Shown here piece by piece: positions 50,761 to 64,000 of a stretch of 64,000 nt of DNA. The notes below the pieces were generated by a model. The model saw nothing but the letters and a program-made list of their open reading frames with translations, was not told the origin of the DNA and did no database searches. A program made the position numbers and the translations under genes. Within the stretch, counting starts at the first letter, position 1. Each line of letters begins with the position of its first letter. Location of the stretch: positions 29,016,001-29,080,000 of the forward strand of contig OX597827.1 in NCBI GenBank assembly GCA_951406725.2, written 5' to 3'. The stretch is from Octopus vulgaris. Taxonomy: Eukaryota.

Positions 50761-53495
50761 TAGTTTTATTTTTATAGCGTGCTTTCACTTCACTACCGAA
50801 CGCAGCTGTGTGCCTTAGGTATGTGCTGTGATTTGTTGTGATGCTCTGATGGTTATTGTATGGAAAGTGTTCTGCGTAGGATGTGTGCAGTGCCTAGTAG
50901 TGCAATTTTCTGTATGTTATATGTGTTTGTAAGTCCTGATGTTTTTGTTATGTATTTGTCTGAATATTTTTTATCATGCCTAATGCACCTACTATGATAG
51001 GAATTGTTTCTGTTTTTAGATTCCACATTCTGGTTACCTCTATCTCCAGGTCTTTGTATTTTGAAAGTTTCTCCATTTCTTATAGAGACACGTTGTCATC
51101 TGCCGGTATTGATACATCAATTAGAAAGCATTATTTTTCTTCGTGATCTCTGACAACTATATCTGGTCTGTTGGCCTTAATTTCTCTATCTGTGTGTATC
51201 GGCATATCCCAGAGTATTGTTGCTTTCTCGTTTTCTGTGACCTTTTCTGGTGTGTGCCTATACCATCTTTTTTCTGTTGTTATTCCATAATGTTGGCATA
51301 GCTTCCAGTGTATGTAGGTTCCAACTCTGTCATGTCTGTGAATATATTCCTTCTTAGCCAGGACTGGGCAGCTAGAGATAATATGATTTATTGTTTCTTG
51401 TCCATCTCCACATATTCTGCAGTTACTTGGTACATTTCTTTTCATTATATATTTTTGGTAATTTCTGGTGGGGAGGCTTTGGTCTTGTGCTGCAATTAAC
51501 AATCCCTCTGTCTCTGCTTTGAGTCCTGAGCTTCTCAACCATTGCTGGGATTTTTCTTTGTCTATTTCTTTTGCGTTTAGTTTAGTCCAGTATTTACCAT
51601 GAAGGGGCTTTTCTTGCCATCGTTTTATCATGGTTCGTTGCTGTTCTATTTTTAGTTTGGATTTCATTTGTTTTATAGCTTTTGTTGTTTCTTCATCTTC
51701 TTCTTCTTCTTCTTCTTCATATTTATTAGGTGGTATGATTTCTTGTTTGTATTTGTCAGCTTCCTTAAATACTGAGAACAGTTTTTTTTGTTTTGCTCGT
51801 GCTTTGCCGTTATTTGTATCAGTTTTCCTTCCTTCTGAAGTAGATATTATTGCAGTCCTATGGTTGTTATTTTATAGTAGTTTTCCAGCTGTATAAGGCC
51901 TCTACCACCTTCTATACGTTGTATATATAGTCTTTCTATGTCAGATTTTGGGTGATGCATCCTAGATCCTGTCATTATTTTTCTTGTTTTCCTATCTATT
52001 TTGGTCAGTTCATTTAGTGTCCAGTTAAGGATATTGTTGCTGTAACTTATAACTGGGACAGCTAAAGAGTTAATACCTATTATCTTGCTTTTAGCATTGA
52101 GCTCTGTTTTTAGTATTGATCTAACACGTCTATAATATTCTTTTTTTATTTTATCTTTCATTTGTGTGTGTTGTGTCTTATCTAGTTCATGGATTCCTAA
52201 GTATTTGTAAGTTTGGCTTTGGTCTAATTCTTTTATTTCATTGGTTTTATCTAATGTAATGTTGCTACTCTTAACTAGTTTTCCTCTTTTCATGGTTACT
52301 TTGGGGCATTTTTCTAATCCAAATTTCATATCTATTTCCTTGGTAAATCCATGAACTGTCTTTAATTGTGTTTCCAGCTGTTTGTCATTTGTAGCGTATA
52401 GTTTTAGGTCATCCATATATAAAATGTGGCTGATAGTTTTGCCGTAGCATTTATATCCGCATCCAGTTCTATTTAGCATATCAGATAGAGTTAACAGTGC
52501 CAAGCAGAAAAGGAGTGGAGAGAGCGTGTCTCCCTGGAATATTCCTCTTCTAATGGGGATGTCTTTGGTTTTCATGAGTCCCTCTTTTGTTTGGAGCTGT
52601 AGCACTGTTTGCCATTTATTCATAGAGTGCCCTATGAATTTTATGGTTGTTGGTGCTACTTTGTTAATGGCTTGTGTTTCGAGGATCCATGTGTGGGGGA
52701 TGCTATCAAACGCCTTTTTGTAGTCGATCCAGGCCATACTGAGGCCTTTCTTCTTTCTGTGGCTGTCTTCAGTTATGGCTTTATTAATCATTAGTTGATC
52801 TTTACAGCCATATGAGCCTTTGCGGCATCCTTTCTGCTCTTCTGGGAACAGTTTGTTTTCGTTCAACCTTTGCGATATCACTGCAGTAAATGCCTTGAAC
52901 ATTGTAGGGAGACAGGTTATTGGTCTGTAGTTTTCTGGTTTTGCTGTCTCATTTGATTTGGGAATTAAGATGGTTTTCCCTTCGTGAGCCATTCAGGCAT
53001 TGTCTCTGGCTCTGCTAGTATGTTGTTAAAGTTTTCAGCCAGCTTTTTGCGCATTCCTGTTAGATATTTCAACCAGAAGTTGGGGATCTTGTCATTCCCA
53101 GGTGCCTTCCAGTTGCTTAGTCTTTGCAGTGCCTGGGTGACCTCTTCAGTTGTTATGGGGGTCCAAAGTTGCTCAGATGCTGAGTTTGTTGTTTTAATAC
53201 TCCTTTTTGTTTTTGGTTCGTTCGCCGACCATATTTCTCTCCAGAATTCTTCCACTTCTTCTGCCGTTGGTGCTGCAGTGATTTCTATTTTATTTTTGTC
53301 AAGTTCTTGGTAGAACTTTTGGGGGTTGGAGTTGAACTTTTTGTTTTGTTCAAAGAAGCGCTGGCGTTTCTCGTACCGGCGGATCCTTTGTGCTTTGGCA
53401 AGGATATCTTGCTTCAGCTTTTCTTTTATCTCAGGTGAAATTTTTTTCTGTGATGGTATATTTGCGGAGTATTTTTGTTTTCTTTTTGTTGCTCA
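50757..53495 (-). mobile_element. R4/Dong-clade non-LTR retrotransposon, 5'-truncated, in (TAA)n
   Basis: NWKAPGND, NYRPITCL, DYKKAFDS, GIFQGDTLSPLLF, YMDD, CRICGDGQETINHIISSC, RHD and RPDIV (RLE); (TAA)n on both sides. Confidence 0.93.
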
Positions 53496-53513
53496 GTAGC
53501 ATTATTATTATTA

Positions 53514-53621
<108 letters not shown>

Positions 53622-53962
53622 TTACTGCTAAGTTGGTTTCTGTTGTTGATAACATCACTGGGAAGTTAAATTAAGAGTGTTCTTTGGTTTGTCATATACA
53701 TACGTACATGTATATACGCATACGTACATACACATATGTATACATACACACACATATACATACATATCTACACATATATATACTACACACATACACTCTC
53801 ACATATATATACGCATACATATACATTATCATATTGATATAGATGATGGCGGTCATGATAATAATGTCTGTCAAAATATTCATATATATGTATATATGTT
53901 CGTTTATATATGTATGTGTATATATATATATATGTATATATATATATGTTCGTTTATATATG

Positions 53963-54017
<55 letters not shown>

Positions 54018-54137
54018 ACATATATATAATATATATATATATGTGCATATATATATATACACACTTATATGTGCATGCATATATATATTTATAGATACAC
54101 ACACATTTATGTGCATATATATATATATATATATATA

Positions 54138-54179
<42 letters not shown>

Positions 54180-54349
54180 TGCATATATGTATACATATAA
54201 ATTTATAAGTATGCATACATACATACATATATATATACACGAAGACACGTAGACGCACACACATATAAACATAGACATTATTGCCATTATCATCATCATT
54301 ATAACTATTGTAGTTGCTATTGTTGTAGTTATTATTATCATTGTTGTTT

Positions 54350-54380
<31 letters not shown>

Positions 54381-54400
54381 TATTATTATTATTATTATTA

Positions 54401-54444
<44 letters not shown>

Positions 54445-55260
54445 TAAGACATCGCACAGAATCCAATATCATGATGTTATTGATTGAAGAAATTGTGTCT
54501 ACCGGGGGTTTGTACTAAAGTACTTCTTGTCAAGAGACAAGAAGTACCTCAGACAGAGTGTACTTTACGTAATATGCGTGCAGTTCCAGGTAATCCCGTT
54601 TTTTTAATACACCTAGATTGTAGAGTATTTCTAGATTTTCCAGATGTTATTTTTACGTTGGTTTGTATTGAACCCAAAGCTCCGATGATAGTAGGGATAA
54701 ACTTTTTGTTTGACTCTCCTAGCTGCCACATTTTCGCGATCTCAATTCTTAGGTCTCCATATTTATCGATATTTTCTCTTTCTTTCATGATAGTATGTTG
54801 ATCTTCTGGCACTGTCACGTCGATTATTAGGCATTCTTGTTTGTCTCTCCTAAAGGTTACTATATCTGGCATTCGGTGCTCTAATAACCTGTCTGTCTGG
54901 AAGTCAAGATCCCAGAGGATTTTTGCCTTCCCTTTCATGTCCATTACCGTTTCCAGTGTATGTTGGTACCAAGCACACGTAACCTCATATCCATACTTAT
55001 GGCATAGTAGCCAGTAGGCTACCTTGTCGTGTCTACGTTTGTACTCTTTCTTCGGAAGACTTTCACAAGACTCACAATGTGAGTCACGCTTTAGACCTAC
55101 TCCCCACACATCCTGCAGAGGTTCATTGCACTTGTGTGTTATATATCCTTTTCACTGAGTTGATATATAATGCCTGATCCTTGACAGCGATGATTAGGCA
55201 TTCGGTACTCTTTTTTAGGTCACCCTTCCTGAGCCACCTCCATGATGCTTCCTGGCCTTT
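54445..55260 (-). mobile_element. Second R4/Dong-like 3' fragment (RLE domain) in (TAA)n
   Basis: YKRRHDKV, ILWD..FQTD, PDIV, IIDVTVP, KIDKY-like EN.DKY.DL..EI, IIGALG. Confidence 0.88.
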
Positions 55261-55269
55261 TATTACTTT

Positions 55270-55310
<41 letters not shown>

Positions 55311-55313
55311 TTA

Positions 55314-55358
<45 letters not shown>

Positions 55359-55359
55359 G

Positions 55360-55567
55360 GGCGGTGAGCTGGCAGAATCGTTAGCACGCCGGGCTAAAAG
55401 CTTCGTGGCATTTTGTCCGTCTTCATGTTCTGAGTTCAAATTCCGCCGTGAGTGATTTTGCCTTTCATCCTTTCGGGGTCAATAAATTAAATACCAGCTA
55501 TGAACGGGGGTCGATAAAATCGACTAGTCCCCTCCCCCAAAATTTCAAGGCCTTGTGCCTTCGGTAG
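55360..55567 (+). mobile_element. SINE family B, full length
   Basis: ggcggtgagctggcagaatcgttagcacgccggg...gagttcaaattcc...catcctttcggggtc. Confidence 0.85.
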
Positions 55568-55590
55568 ACAAGTTTATTACTATCATAATC

Positions 55591-55626
<36 letters not shown>

Positions 55627-55644
55627 GTTATTATTATTATTATT

Positions 55645-55736
<92 letters not shown>

Positions 55737-56749
55737 CATTATGTCAGTGTAGTGTAGTTGACATCGACAAAGCAGAATTCTTCTATTTGCGCGTTTATTT
55801 TAACTTTCATTAAAATTATATCCGATACAAACAACAACAACTAAAATAATAATAAAGAAAGAATAAGAAATAAATGACAAGTTATATTACTTATTTTTAT
55901 ATTTTCATTTTCCGTTTTTGTTATTTTATTTTGGGGTGATTTCTATTATTTTTTCTTGTTGCAATTTTTAAAATTTGTATTCATATATATTTATTGAATT
56001 TTAATTTTTTTTTCAAACCACGAAATGAATCGAATAATTTAATTTGTCGCTTGGCTTTCCATTAAAAAGAAAATTAGGAATTGTTTAAAATATTTCACGA
56101 AATCAAACAAGATAGAGAAGTAAAATATAATAATAATAATAAAAAGAGAAGGAAGTGAAGAAGAAGGAGAAGGAGAAGAAGAAGAAGAAGAAGAAGAAGA
56201 ACAACAACAACAACAACAACAACAACAAGTACAAGAAGAAGAAGAAGAAGGAGAAGAAGGAGAAGAAGAATCAAGAAGACGATGATAATGATGACGACAA
56301 TGACGACGATGATGATGATGAGGATGATGACGATGTCGATGACAAGGAGGTGGAGGATAATCAGGAGGATGACGACGATGAGGAAAAGGAGGAGATGGAA
56401 ATGAACTGAAGAACAGAAACAACAAAAGCAAATTCATCAAAAACAAAAACAAGGACAAGAAATGCAAGACTAACATCACCCTCGACAGCAACAGCAAAAA
56501 AATTAAATCAAAGAAAAGACTATTGTCTATAAAGTATACAATGTAGAGAAAAAAGAAGAGCTAACAATTCCAGTCTGTTATATATTTTGAATATTGTTAT
56601 CACTAGTGATATCAAGATATAACTTTGTATTTTGCATTTTATGTATAGATGTATATATATAGATGTACATGTAATATGTACACATATATATACACATATA
56701 TACATGCACTAGCACTATGACCCGGCAACGGCGGGTCTTTAATGCTAGT

Positions 56750-59700
56750 ATATATATATAACTGAGAATGTGTGTCTGTCTGTCTGTCTGTATGTTTCCC
56801 TAAAACTTGAGAACTACACAACCAATTTAATTCAAATTTTACACATGCCTTACTTAAGGTCTGCGGAGTGTCATCGGCAAAAAATCTTAACTTTTTCCCT
56901 GGGGCGACCACACAGCAATATCATATCTTCTCCACTATTTCAGTATTACGTGTTAAAAGTGAAACAAAAACATCTCTCTTTTGTAATGCAGACACTTTCA
57001 CTTTAATACTGAAACTATTAAAGTGAAAGTATTATATAACAGGGATGAACCATTAACAATGGTCATCCATTTTGCTAGAAGATCCGCTATGGTCTTATAT
57101 GCTACACCACTGGTTTTCAATTCATATTAATCAAATTAATATTCAATTTTTCACCCTTATTATGTGTGTGTGTATTGAGTATTGTTATCACTAGCGATAT
57201 CAAGATATAACTTTGTTTTTTGTATTTTATGTGTAGATGTATATATATAGATGTACATGTAATATGTACACATATATATACACATATATATATATATATG
57301 CATAATATATCTACCCATACACACATACGCACACACGCACACATACATAGGGGCTGTGGCTGTGTGGTAAAAAACTACGTTCCAAACACATGGTCCTGGG
57401 TTCAGTCCCACTGTGTGGTGATTTGGCATGTGTCTTCTGCTGTAGCCTCAGACCAGCAAAAGCCTTCTCAGTGGAATTTGTACATATATACAGGCATACA
57501 TACATATATATACTTGCATACGTACATATTCGGCATAAACACTCTACCACTACAACGAATAGCTGTTGGGAACACTTTCAAACCTGCCTTACATTGGAAC
57601 CGGAATCTCAACGCCCGAGTTTTCCATCTGAAGTTAATCTCTCTCATGGAGCTCATACAAAAAGGGCAAGTCTTTGGGCCCATACAATGTGACATGTACA
57701 CAATCGAGTGGCAAAAAAGGGGCCTTTCACATGCTCTTATCCTGCTTTGGCTCTCAGCGAAGATCAATTCCAATGACATCGACAAGATAATCTCTGCAGA
57801 GCTTCCTGATCCAGCTTTAGACAAAGAACTATACGAAATAGTTAAAGTAAACATAGTACATGGTCCATGTGGGTATGGATTCAACATAAACTCACCATGC
57901 TTGAAGGACAGCATATGTTCAAAAAGATTTCCAAGGAGGTTCCTACAAGAAACTCAGACAGGTGCTGATGGGTATCCATCATACAGTCGCAGAAAACCAG
58001 AAGACGGAGGTTTCACAGCAACTATCGGACAGCACAATATTGATAATAGATGGATTGTTCCATACTGCCCACTCCTGTCAAACACTTTCAATGCCCACAT
58101 CAACGTTGAGTTTTGCAACTCCGTTAAATCCATCAAGTACGTTTGCAAATATGTAAACAAGGGTTCTGACGCTGCAATGTTTGGACTTCAACAAGAATAC
58201 TGCCAGGATGAGGTGACGCATTATCAGGTGGGACTGTACATAAGTAGCAACAAGGCTTTCTGGCGCATCTTTGGCTTTCCAATTCACCAACGACACCCCG
58301 CCATTCAACAGCTTGCAGTGCACCTGGAAAATGGTCAAAGAGTGTACTTCACCGATACTAATGCTTCTCTGTTGGCAGAGGAACCAAGGGATAGCACACT
58401 CACTGCATTCTTCAAGCTTTGTCAAGTGGATCCATTCGCTCAAACCTTGCTGTATCCACAGATTCCATCGTACTACACTTGGAATGGAAAAAAATGGGCC
58501 CCACGGAAAGCAGGTCAAAATGTTCATGGATACCCTGGCATTAAGTTTCACACTTGTCTTGGGCGAGTATACACAGTGCATCCCACTCAACAAGAGTGCT
58601 TCTACCTTCGTCTACTACTGCATGAGGTCAGAGGGCGAACGTCTTTCTAGGCCCTAAAAGCCGTTCATGGACATGTCTGCATAACATACAGAGAAGCCTG
58701 CTATCGACAAGGTCTGTTAGAAGATGGTGCACAATGGGATTCAACTTTAGGAGAGGCTGCTTTATCACAATCACCTAAAAGTCTCAGGGCACTATTTGCA
58801 GTATTACTACAGGCATGCGAACTGTGTGATCCGGCCACTCTATGGATCAAATATAGAGACAACCTGGCTGAAGACTTTCAGCGCCAAGCTCAACTGCTCT
58901 ATCCTGACATGGAGGGTATCAGTAATGAAATCTATAACAAAACACTCATTGACATTGAAGACAGAATTGCTAAACTGGGTGGAAATGAATTGTCGACGTA
59001 TGGCCTGCCACAAGCATTCAGGTCAGGGTTAAAAAGGCTTCCCACCGCTGTCATTCGTGAAACAACCTACGACACTCAAGCGCTTTCAAAGTACATTGTT
59101 GAAAATGAGCCTAAATTACTTCCGGACCAGCTGCAGGCCTACAGAACTATTCTTAACAGTGTACGCCAACGCGAGGGACGAATCTTCTTCCTCGATGCTC
59201 CTGGAGGGACAGTAAAAACATTTATTACAAAGCTTCTCCTTGCAGAAGTTAGGCAGCATCTGGACATTGCAGTAGCTGTAGCCTCCTCTGGCATTGCAGC
59301 TACTTTGTTACCCGGTGGCAGGACAGCACACTCACTTTTTAAACTCCTTCTCAATTTAGCGGCATCCGAAATGCCTTCATGCAACATCAACAAAAGCTCA
59401 GATCAGGGACAAGTACTTAAAATGTGTTATCTAATTGTCTGGGATGAGTGCATTATGGCTCACAAGGGAGCTTTGGAAGCATTAGATAGAGCCCTGAAAG
59501 ACATCCGAGACTGTTAGGCTCCAATGGGAGGTGTAACGCTTCTGTTGTCAGGTGATTTCAGGCAAACTCTTCCTGTCATTCCGAAAGGCAGTAGAACAGA
59601 TGAAGTCCAAGCATGCCTAAAGTCCTCTACCCTGTGGCATCATGTTACAATCCTCAGTCTCACCACTAACATGAGAGCTCAGCTACACGGCGACAAAATG

Positions 59701-60660
59701 TCCACAAAGTTTGTACAGGACATTTTGACACTTGGTGAAGGCAAGATGCCTCTCGATGCTGCAGGACAAATGGAAGTGTGGTCATTTTCCTCAGTTGTTA
59801 ATTCTGTAGATGACCTCAAAAACAAAGTCTTTCCCAATTTCACACAAAACTACCAAAATCACAATTGGCTGTGTGAAAGAGCAATATTAGCTCCAAAAAA
59901 CGTCGCTGTTAACAAAATTAATCAACAGCTAATGCATTCTCTTCCCGGCACTATACACACTTACAAGTCTGTTGATACAATTCCAGATATAAATGAAGTT
60001 GTGAACTATCCTCCTGAATTTCTCAATTCACTGGAGCCTCCTGGACTACCCCCACAAATATTAGCACTTAAAGTTGGAACTCCTGTAATGCTACTCCGCA
60101 ATCTGGAACCACCAAGACTTTGCAATGGAACACGACTGGGGATAAAGAAAATGATGTCACACGTTATCGAGGCGGTCATTCTTTCTGGATGTGGAAAAGG
60201 TGATGACGTCTATATTCCAAGATTTTCTCTTACTCCATCAGGAGCAGAAATTCCATTTACATTCAGAAGACTGCAATACCCCCTTTTCGTGTCAGCTTTG
60301 CCATGTCCATTAACAAATCTCAGGGTCAAACCCTCTCTATAGCTGGTCTTCTCTTGGAAGAGCCCTGCTTCTCGCATGGGCAACTGTATGTTGGCTGCTC
60401 AAGAGTAGGAACCAAAAGAAACCTTTTTGTATATGCTCCACCAGGAAAAACAAGGAACATTGTTTACAACGAGGTGTTATAATCTCAACAGCCAGGAGGT
60501 ATATACATGATCCCCCTTTTTTAAAAAAAATTCATGTACTTTCATGTATTTATATTAATATACATATATATGTGTGTGTGTGTGTATCCATGTATATATA
60601 ACAGAAAAGTCTAATTCTTCAATTGAATTTAACCGAGCAACGCCGAGTATCTCTGCTAGT
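56750..60660 (+). mobile_element. Helitron (internally deleted, decayed autonomous type)
   Basis: 5' tatatatataactgagaatgt..(ctgt)n; RepHel remnant; 3' ccgagcaacgccgag...ctgCTAGt; SINE A nested at 57350-57480. Confidence 0.85.
57600..60482 (+). pseudogene. Helitron RepHel (HUH endonuclease plus Pif1 helicase) with stops and a frameshift
   Basis: EWQKRGLSHALIL, HGPC, HINVE..SVKSIKYVCKYVNKG, DAPGGTVKT, DE, GDFRQTLPV, CNGTRL, HGQLYV..SRV; TAG stops ending at 58650 and 59517. Confidence 0.95.
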
Positions 60661-60802
60661 ATATATATATATATCTATATATATATATATATATGTCTGT
60701 GTGTATGTATGGATATATATATATATACATACATACAAACACACACACTGATATAGATAGGTAGATATATATATATATATGATATGTATATATTTTTTTT
60801 TC

Positions 60803-61182
60803 CTTGTTTCAGTCATTTTGACTGCGGCCATGCTGGAGCACCGCCTTTAATCGAGCAAGTCGACCCCGGGACTTATTCTTTTGTAATCCCAACACTTATT
60901 CTATCGGTCTCTTTTACCGAACCGCTAAGTTACGGGGACATAAACACACTAGCATCGGTTGTCAAACACAGGGGGACAAACACAGACACACAAACATACA
61001 CAAACATATATATATACATATATACGACGGGCTTCTTTCAGTTTCCGTCTACAAAATCCACTCACAAGGCTTTGGTCGGCCCGAGGCTATAGTAGAAGAC
61101 ACTTGCCCAAGGTGCCACGCAGTGGGACTGAACCCGGAACCATGTGGTTGGTAAGCAAGCTACTTACCACACAGCCACTCCT
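60803..61182 (-). mobile_element. SINE family A, full-length reference copy
   Basis: ggagtggctgtgtggtaagtagcttgc...gggttcagtccc (A/B-box-like); internal microsatellite; tail ggcggtgctccagcatggccgcagtc. Confidence 0.92.
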
Positions 61183-61200
61183 ATATATTATATATATATT

Positions 61201-61251
<51 letters not shown>

Positions 61252-61287
61252 GACATACACACTGATAAAGATAGGTAAATATATATT

Positions 61288-61331
<44 letters not shown>

Positions 61332-61936
61332 CATACATACATACATAGGTAAATAGATAGAGATAGACAGATAAATAGATACAGAGAGAGAGAGAGAGAG
61401 AGAGAGATCTGATATATGTAATTTTCTTGAAGTGTTTTTTAGCGCGTGTGCGTTCCTTACTATCTTTCTGTCTCTTTTTCTAGTACTTCTTTCTTCCCCT
61501 CTCTCTCTCTTACTCTTTCACTCTTTAACAGCCTACCACCATCACTCTCATCTTTACTACCGCACACTATAAACCATTGAATTGCTACAACGTTCACGAA
61601 CACCAGAGCGGAGGCGTGAAGATCATGTAAGAAAACCAAGAGTTTCCACTTAACATGGAATGAACGTGTGTCAAGATGCGTTAGCATTTACAGGACTTTT
61701 GCCAACTAATCTCTCACTATCAACAACAAATCATAATATTGATTCTCTGGGAAACTATAGAACAGTTTCGCTACACAAAAACACAAACAAATATACAAAA
61801 TCCAACACATTCGCCCTCACGTATTAGCATATATAAATTATATAAATTTCCATGGTGTATGCATATGTATGCAACGTGAGATACAGATGTGTGTCTATAC
61901 TAACTGACATACGGCAATGCAAATAAACACAAACGC

Positions 61937-62003
<67 letters not shown>

Positions 62004-62445
62004 TGTATGTATGTATGTATGTATGTATGTATGTATGTATGCATATATATATATATATATATAGCAAAATTTAGGAACGGCCATAATAGGCCGTTCAACC
62101 CACTAGAAATAGCAGCCAAGGCTTCAACCGCAAAACAATATTAATTCCGTAAACCAGGAGAAAATTTAAAAAACATTTACCCTGTAATACCTTATACAAT
62201 GCATTGTTTCGTCTATTTTTTAATGGTAAATCAACTTGATTAAATTAAATCAAGCTAATCTTCCATAGGCCAATAAATTCATCAGTAAAGTAAGCCAGAC
62301 GGGACAGATATTTGCACGAGGCAGCACCACTACTGTTTCGGCTATATCTGACCTAAAATTTTCAAATCATCGTACTCGCGCCAAATTTATCGGCAGCAAA
62401 TATAAGCTGCCGATTCCATTTCGGAATTAAACAGAAAATTCATAA

Positions 62446-62588
62446 TTAATCAATATAGGGTGGCAAAAAAATTCAGCAGAAATTATTTGCCACCAGCGGC
62501 CTAGTGGGAAAAAAGTAAATAGTCAGAGACCATTAATAAATTCAACAGCATTAATAAATTCAAAAATTTTTTTGCCACCCTATATTGA

Positions 62589-62593
<5 letters not shown>
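62446..62593. repeat. Short inverted-repeat element (MITE-like)
   Basis: attaatcaatatagggtggcaaaaaaatt / aatttttttgccaccctatattgattaat. Confidence 0.7.
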
Positions 62594-62667
<74 letters not shown>

Positions 62668-62749
62668 TATCTGTGCTTGTGTGTGCGTATATATATATAT
62701 GCATGTGTGTGTATGTATGAATATATGTATGGAGATTGATATAAAAATG

Positions 62750-63304
62750 GACGCTGTGCTTTTCCCCATCCGACCTTATGTCGTAGACTTGCTATGGGCA
62801 CCTGTCCATACGGTATAACAGGAAAAAAAAAAAAAGTGCCCCCACCTCCACCCCAAATACTGTCCTAAATACGGATGCATAAGAGGCAATGGATGCACCT
62901 TATTCCATCCTAAACTGTGCCAAACTTCTGTCTCACAAAGGATGTGCCTGAACCCAGAATGCAACCACCACCATCTGAAGGGCACAAAACGATCACAGAA
63001 TAGATATAAACAGGAACAGAGGAAATCTAGGACAACAACAAGAACAAAATACAACCACGTCTCCCCTCCTACAATCAAACAACGTAGACAGAACCATGAA
63101 AAAACACCAAATAACGCCAACTTGAAATATGTATCCTCTGACCAAGTGGCAAACCAAACAAGCAACTCTTTTTTACTGACATACCTGGAAAATATGAAGG
63201 CCGACCTAAGCCAGGAGATCCAGCGAGCCATCACCAACCATCTATGCAAATCACAAGGACCACTCACCCATTACCAACTTCCCTTACCTCGACATTCCTG
63301 TTAA
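62750..63304 (+). pseudogene. LINE ORF1 C-terminal part with Cys/His zinc-finger repeats
   Basis: CPYG, then KKCPHLHPKYC..GC..GNGCTLFHPKLC...CLNPECNHHH; directly upstream of the APE ORF2. Confidence 0.7.
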
Positions 63305-64000
63305 ATGTACGTGGCATCAATCCATCAATTATTGCCCAAAAATGGAAGATCCCATATATAGAGAGTTGGCTTGCCGAAATGGCACATTGCTTCCCTTTCT
63401 TTATCCTTACCGAGACTCACCTGAACAACACCCATATGGACGCAGAGGTGAAAATAAAAGATTTCACCATTGTTCGTGCGGATCGCACAGACCGAAATAA
63501 GGGAGGGACAGCCATCTTTATCCATGACTCCTTTTCACTTGATGCCAAGGACACATTTTCCAATGGCTACTGTGAATCGGTATCACTATACAACAAAGCC
63601 AAGGACATAACCATTGTTGGTCTTTACAGGCCTCCCCAGGCACCTCTAAAGTACTTTGAAGAGTGCCTTAGCAAAGTCAAGTCCTTCCTTCGGAAGTACC
63701 ACTCCGGAAACATACTAGTAATGGGTGATTTTAACCTCCCTCATGTGAACTGGCCTACAAATACTCCGAAGTTAGGCAAGTGCTCTACATCAGAACTGCT
63801 CTTTAATCTGATGGATGAGTATTTCCTGACTCAGCTAGTGCTTGAACCAACGAGACAGAATAAAACGATCTTGGATCTGGTATTGACCAATCACTCTAGC
63901 TACGTTCACAGCATTTCAGTCGAAAAAACTCTCCTCTCAGACCACGACATGGTACTCTGCAATCTTAATTCCCGACATATAAAAACCAAACCAGCCAATC
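63244..64000 (+). CDS. LINE ORF2 APE endonuclease domain (runs off the window; probably CR1 group)
   Basis: Open frame not in the track: LNVRG, LTETHL, RADR...GGTAIF, YRPP, GDFN, PTR...LDLVLTN, SDH. Confidence 0.9.
   Translation, partial: MQITRTTHPLPTSLTSTFLLNVRGINPSIIAQKWKIPYIESWLAEMAHCFPFFILTETHLNNTHMDAEVKIKDFTIVRADRTDRNKGGTAIFIHDSFSLDAKDTFSNGYCESVSLYNKAKDITIVGLYRPPQAPLKYFEECLSKVKSFLRKYHSGNILVMGDFNLPHVNWPTNTPKLGKCSTSELLFNLMDEYFLTQLVLEPTRQNKTILDLVLTNHSSYVHSISVEKTLLSDHDMVLCNLNSRHIKTKPAN

Noticed and set aside
50209-50777. Poly-I/T/L/Y ORFs; likewise the acidic/basic ORFs at 56039-56497 and 29544-29870
   Set aside because: Trinucleotide microsatellites
60803-61182. tRNA genes at SINE heads
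   Set aside because: A/B-box-like heads run into SINE bodies; no complete cloverleaf
61560-61700. Possible exon with a gtaaga donor
   Set aside because: No clear acceptor or recognisable peptide

Overview
Repeat-saturated, AT-rich eukaryotic DNA. The microsatellite load and tRNA-derived SINE families suggest an octopus/cephalopod genome; this is inference only. Almost all ORFs in the track are microsatellite artefacts. Real content: three tRNA-derived SINE families; LINE fragments (CR1-group, RTE, Tx1/L1, R4/Dong, another RLE type); three Penelope-like element (PLE) remnants; a decayed Helitron; mariner MITEs; and one probable host terminal exon (48373-48513, minus). The unannotated signal is RNA-level. 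By eye I find about 17 minimal type-I hammerhead ribozyme (HHR) motifs in about 8 sequence families, mostly in inverted or tandem repeats embedded in (AT)n. Two related 350-360 bp non-coding HHR repeats (13616-15985 and 28135-29552) look like non-LTR retrozymes, i.e. templates for small circular RNAs, and show compensatory base changes. One has been hit at the HHR catalytic core by an ORF1-only, CCHC gag-like Tx1/HAL1-type element. Its 20-bp target-site duplication rebuilds the ribozyme directly downstream. Coordinates were read by eye and may be off by a few bases. Ribozyme activity is predicted, not shown.
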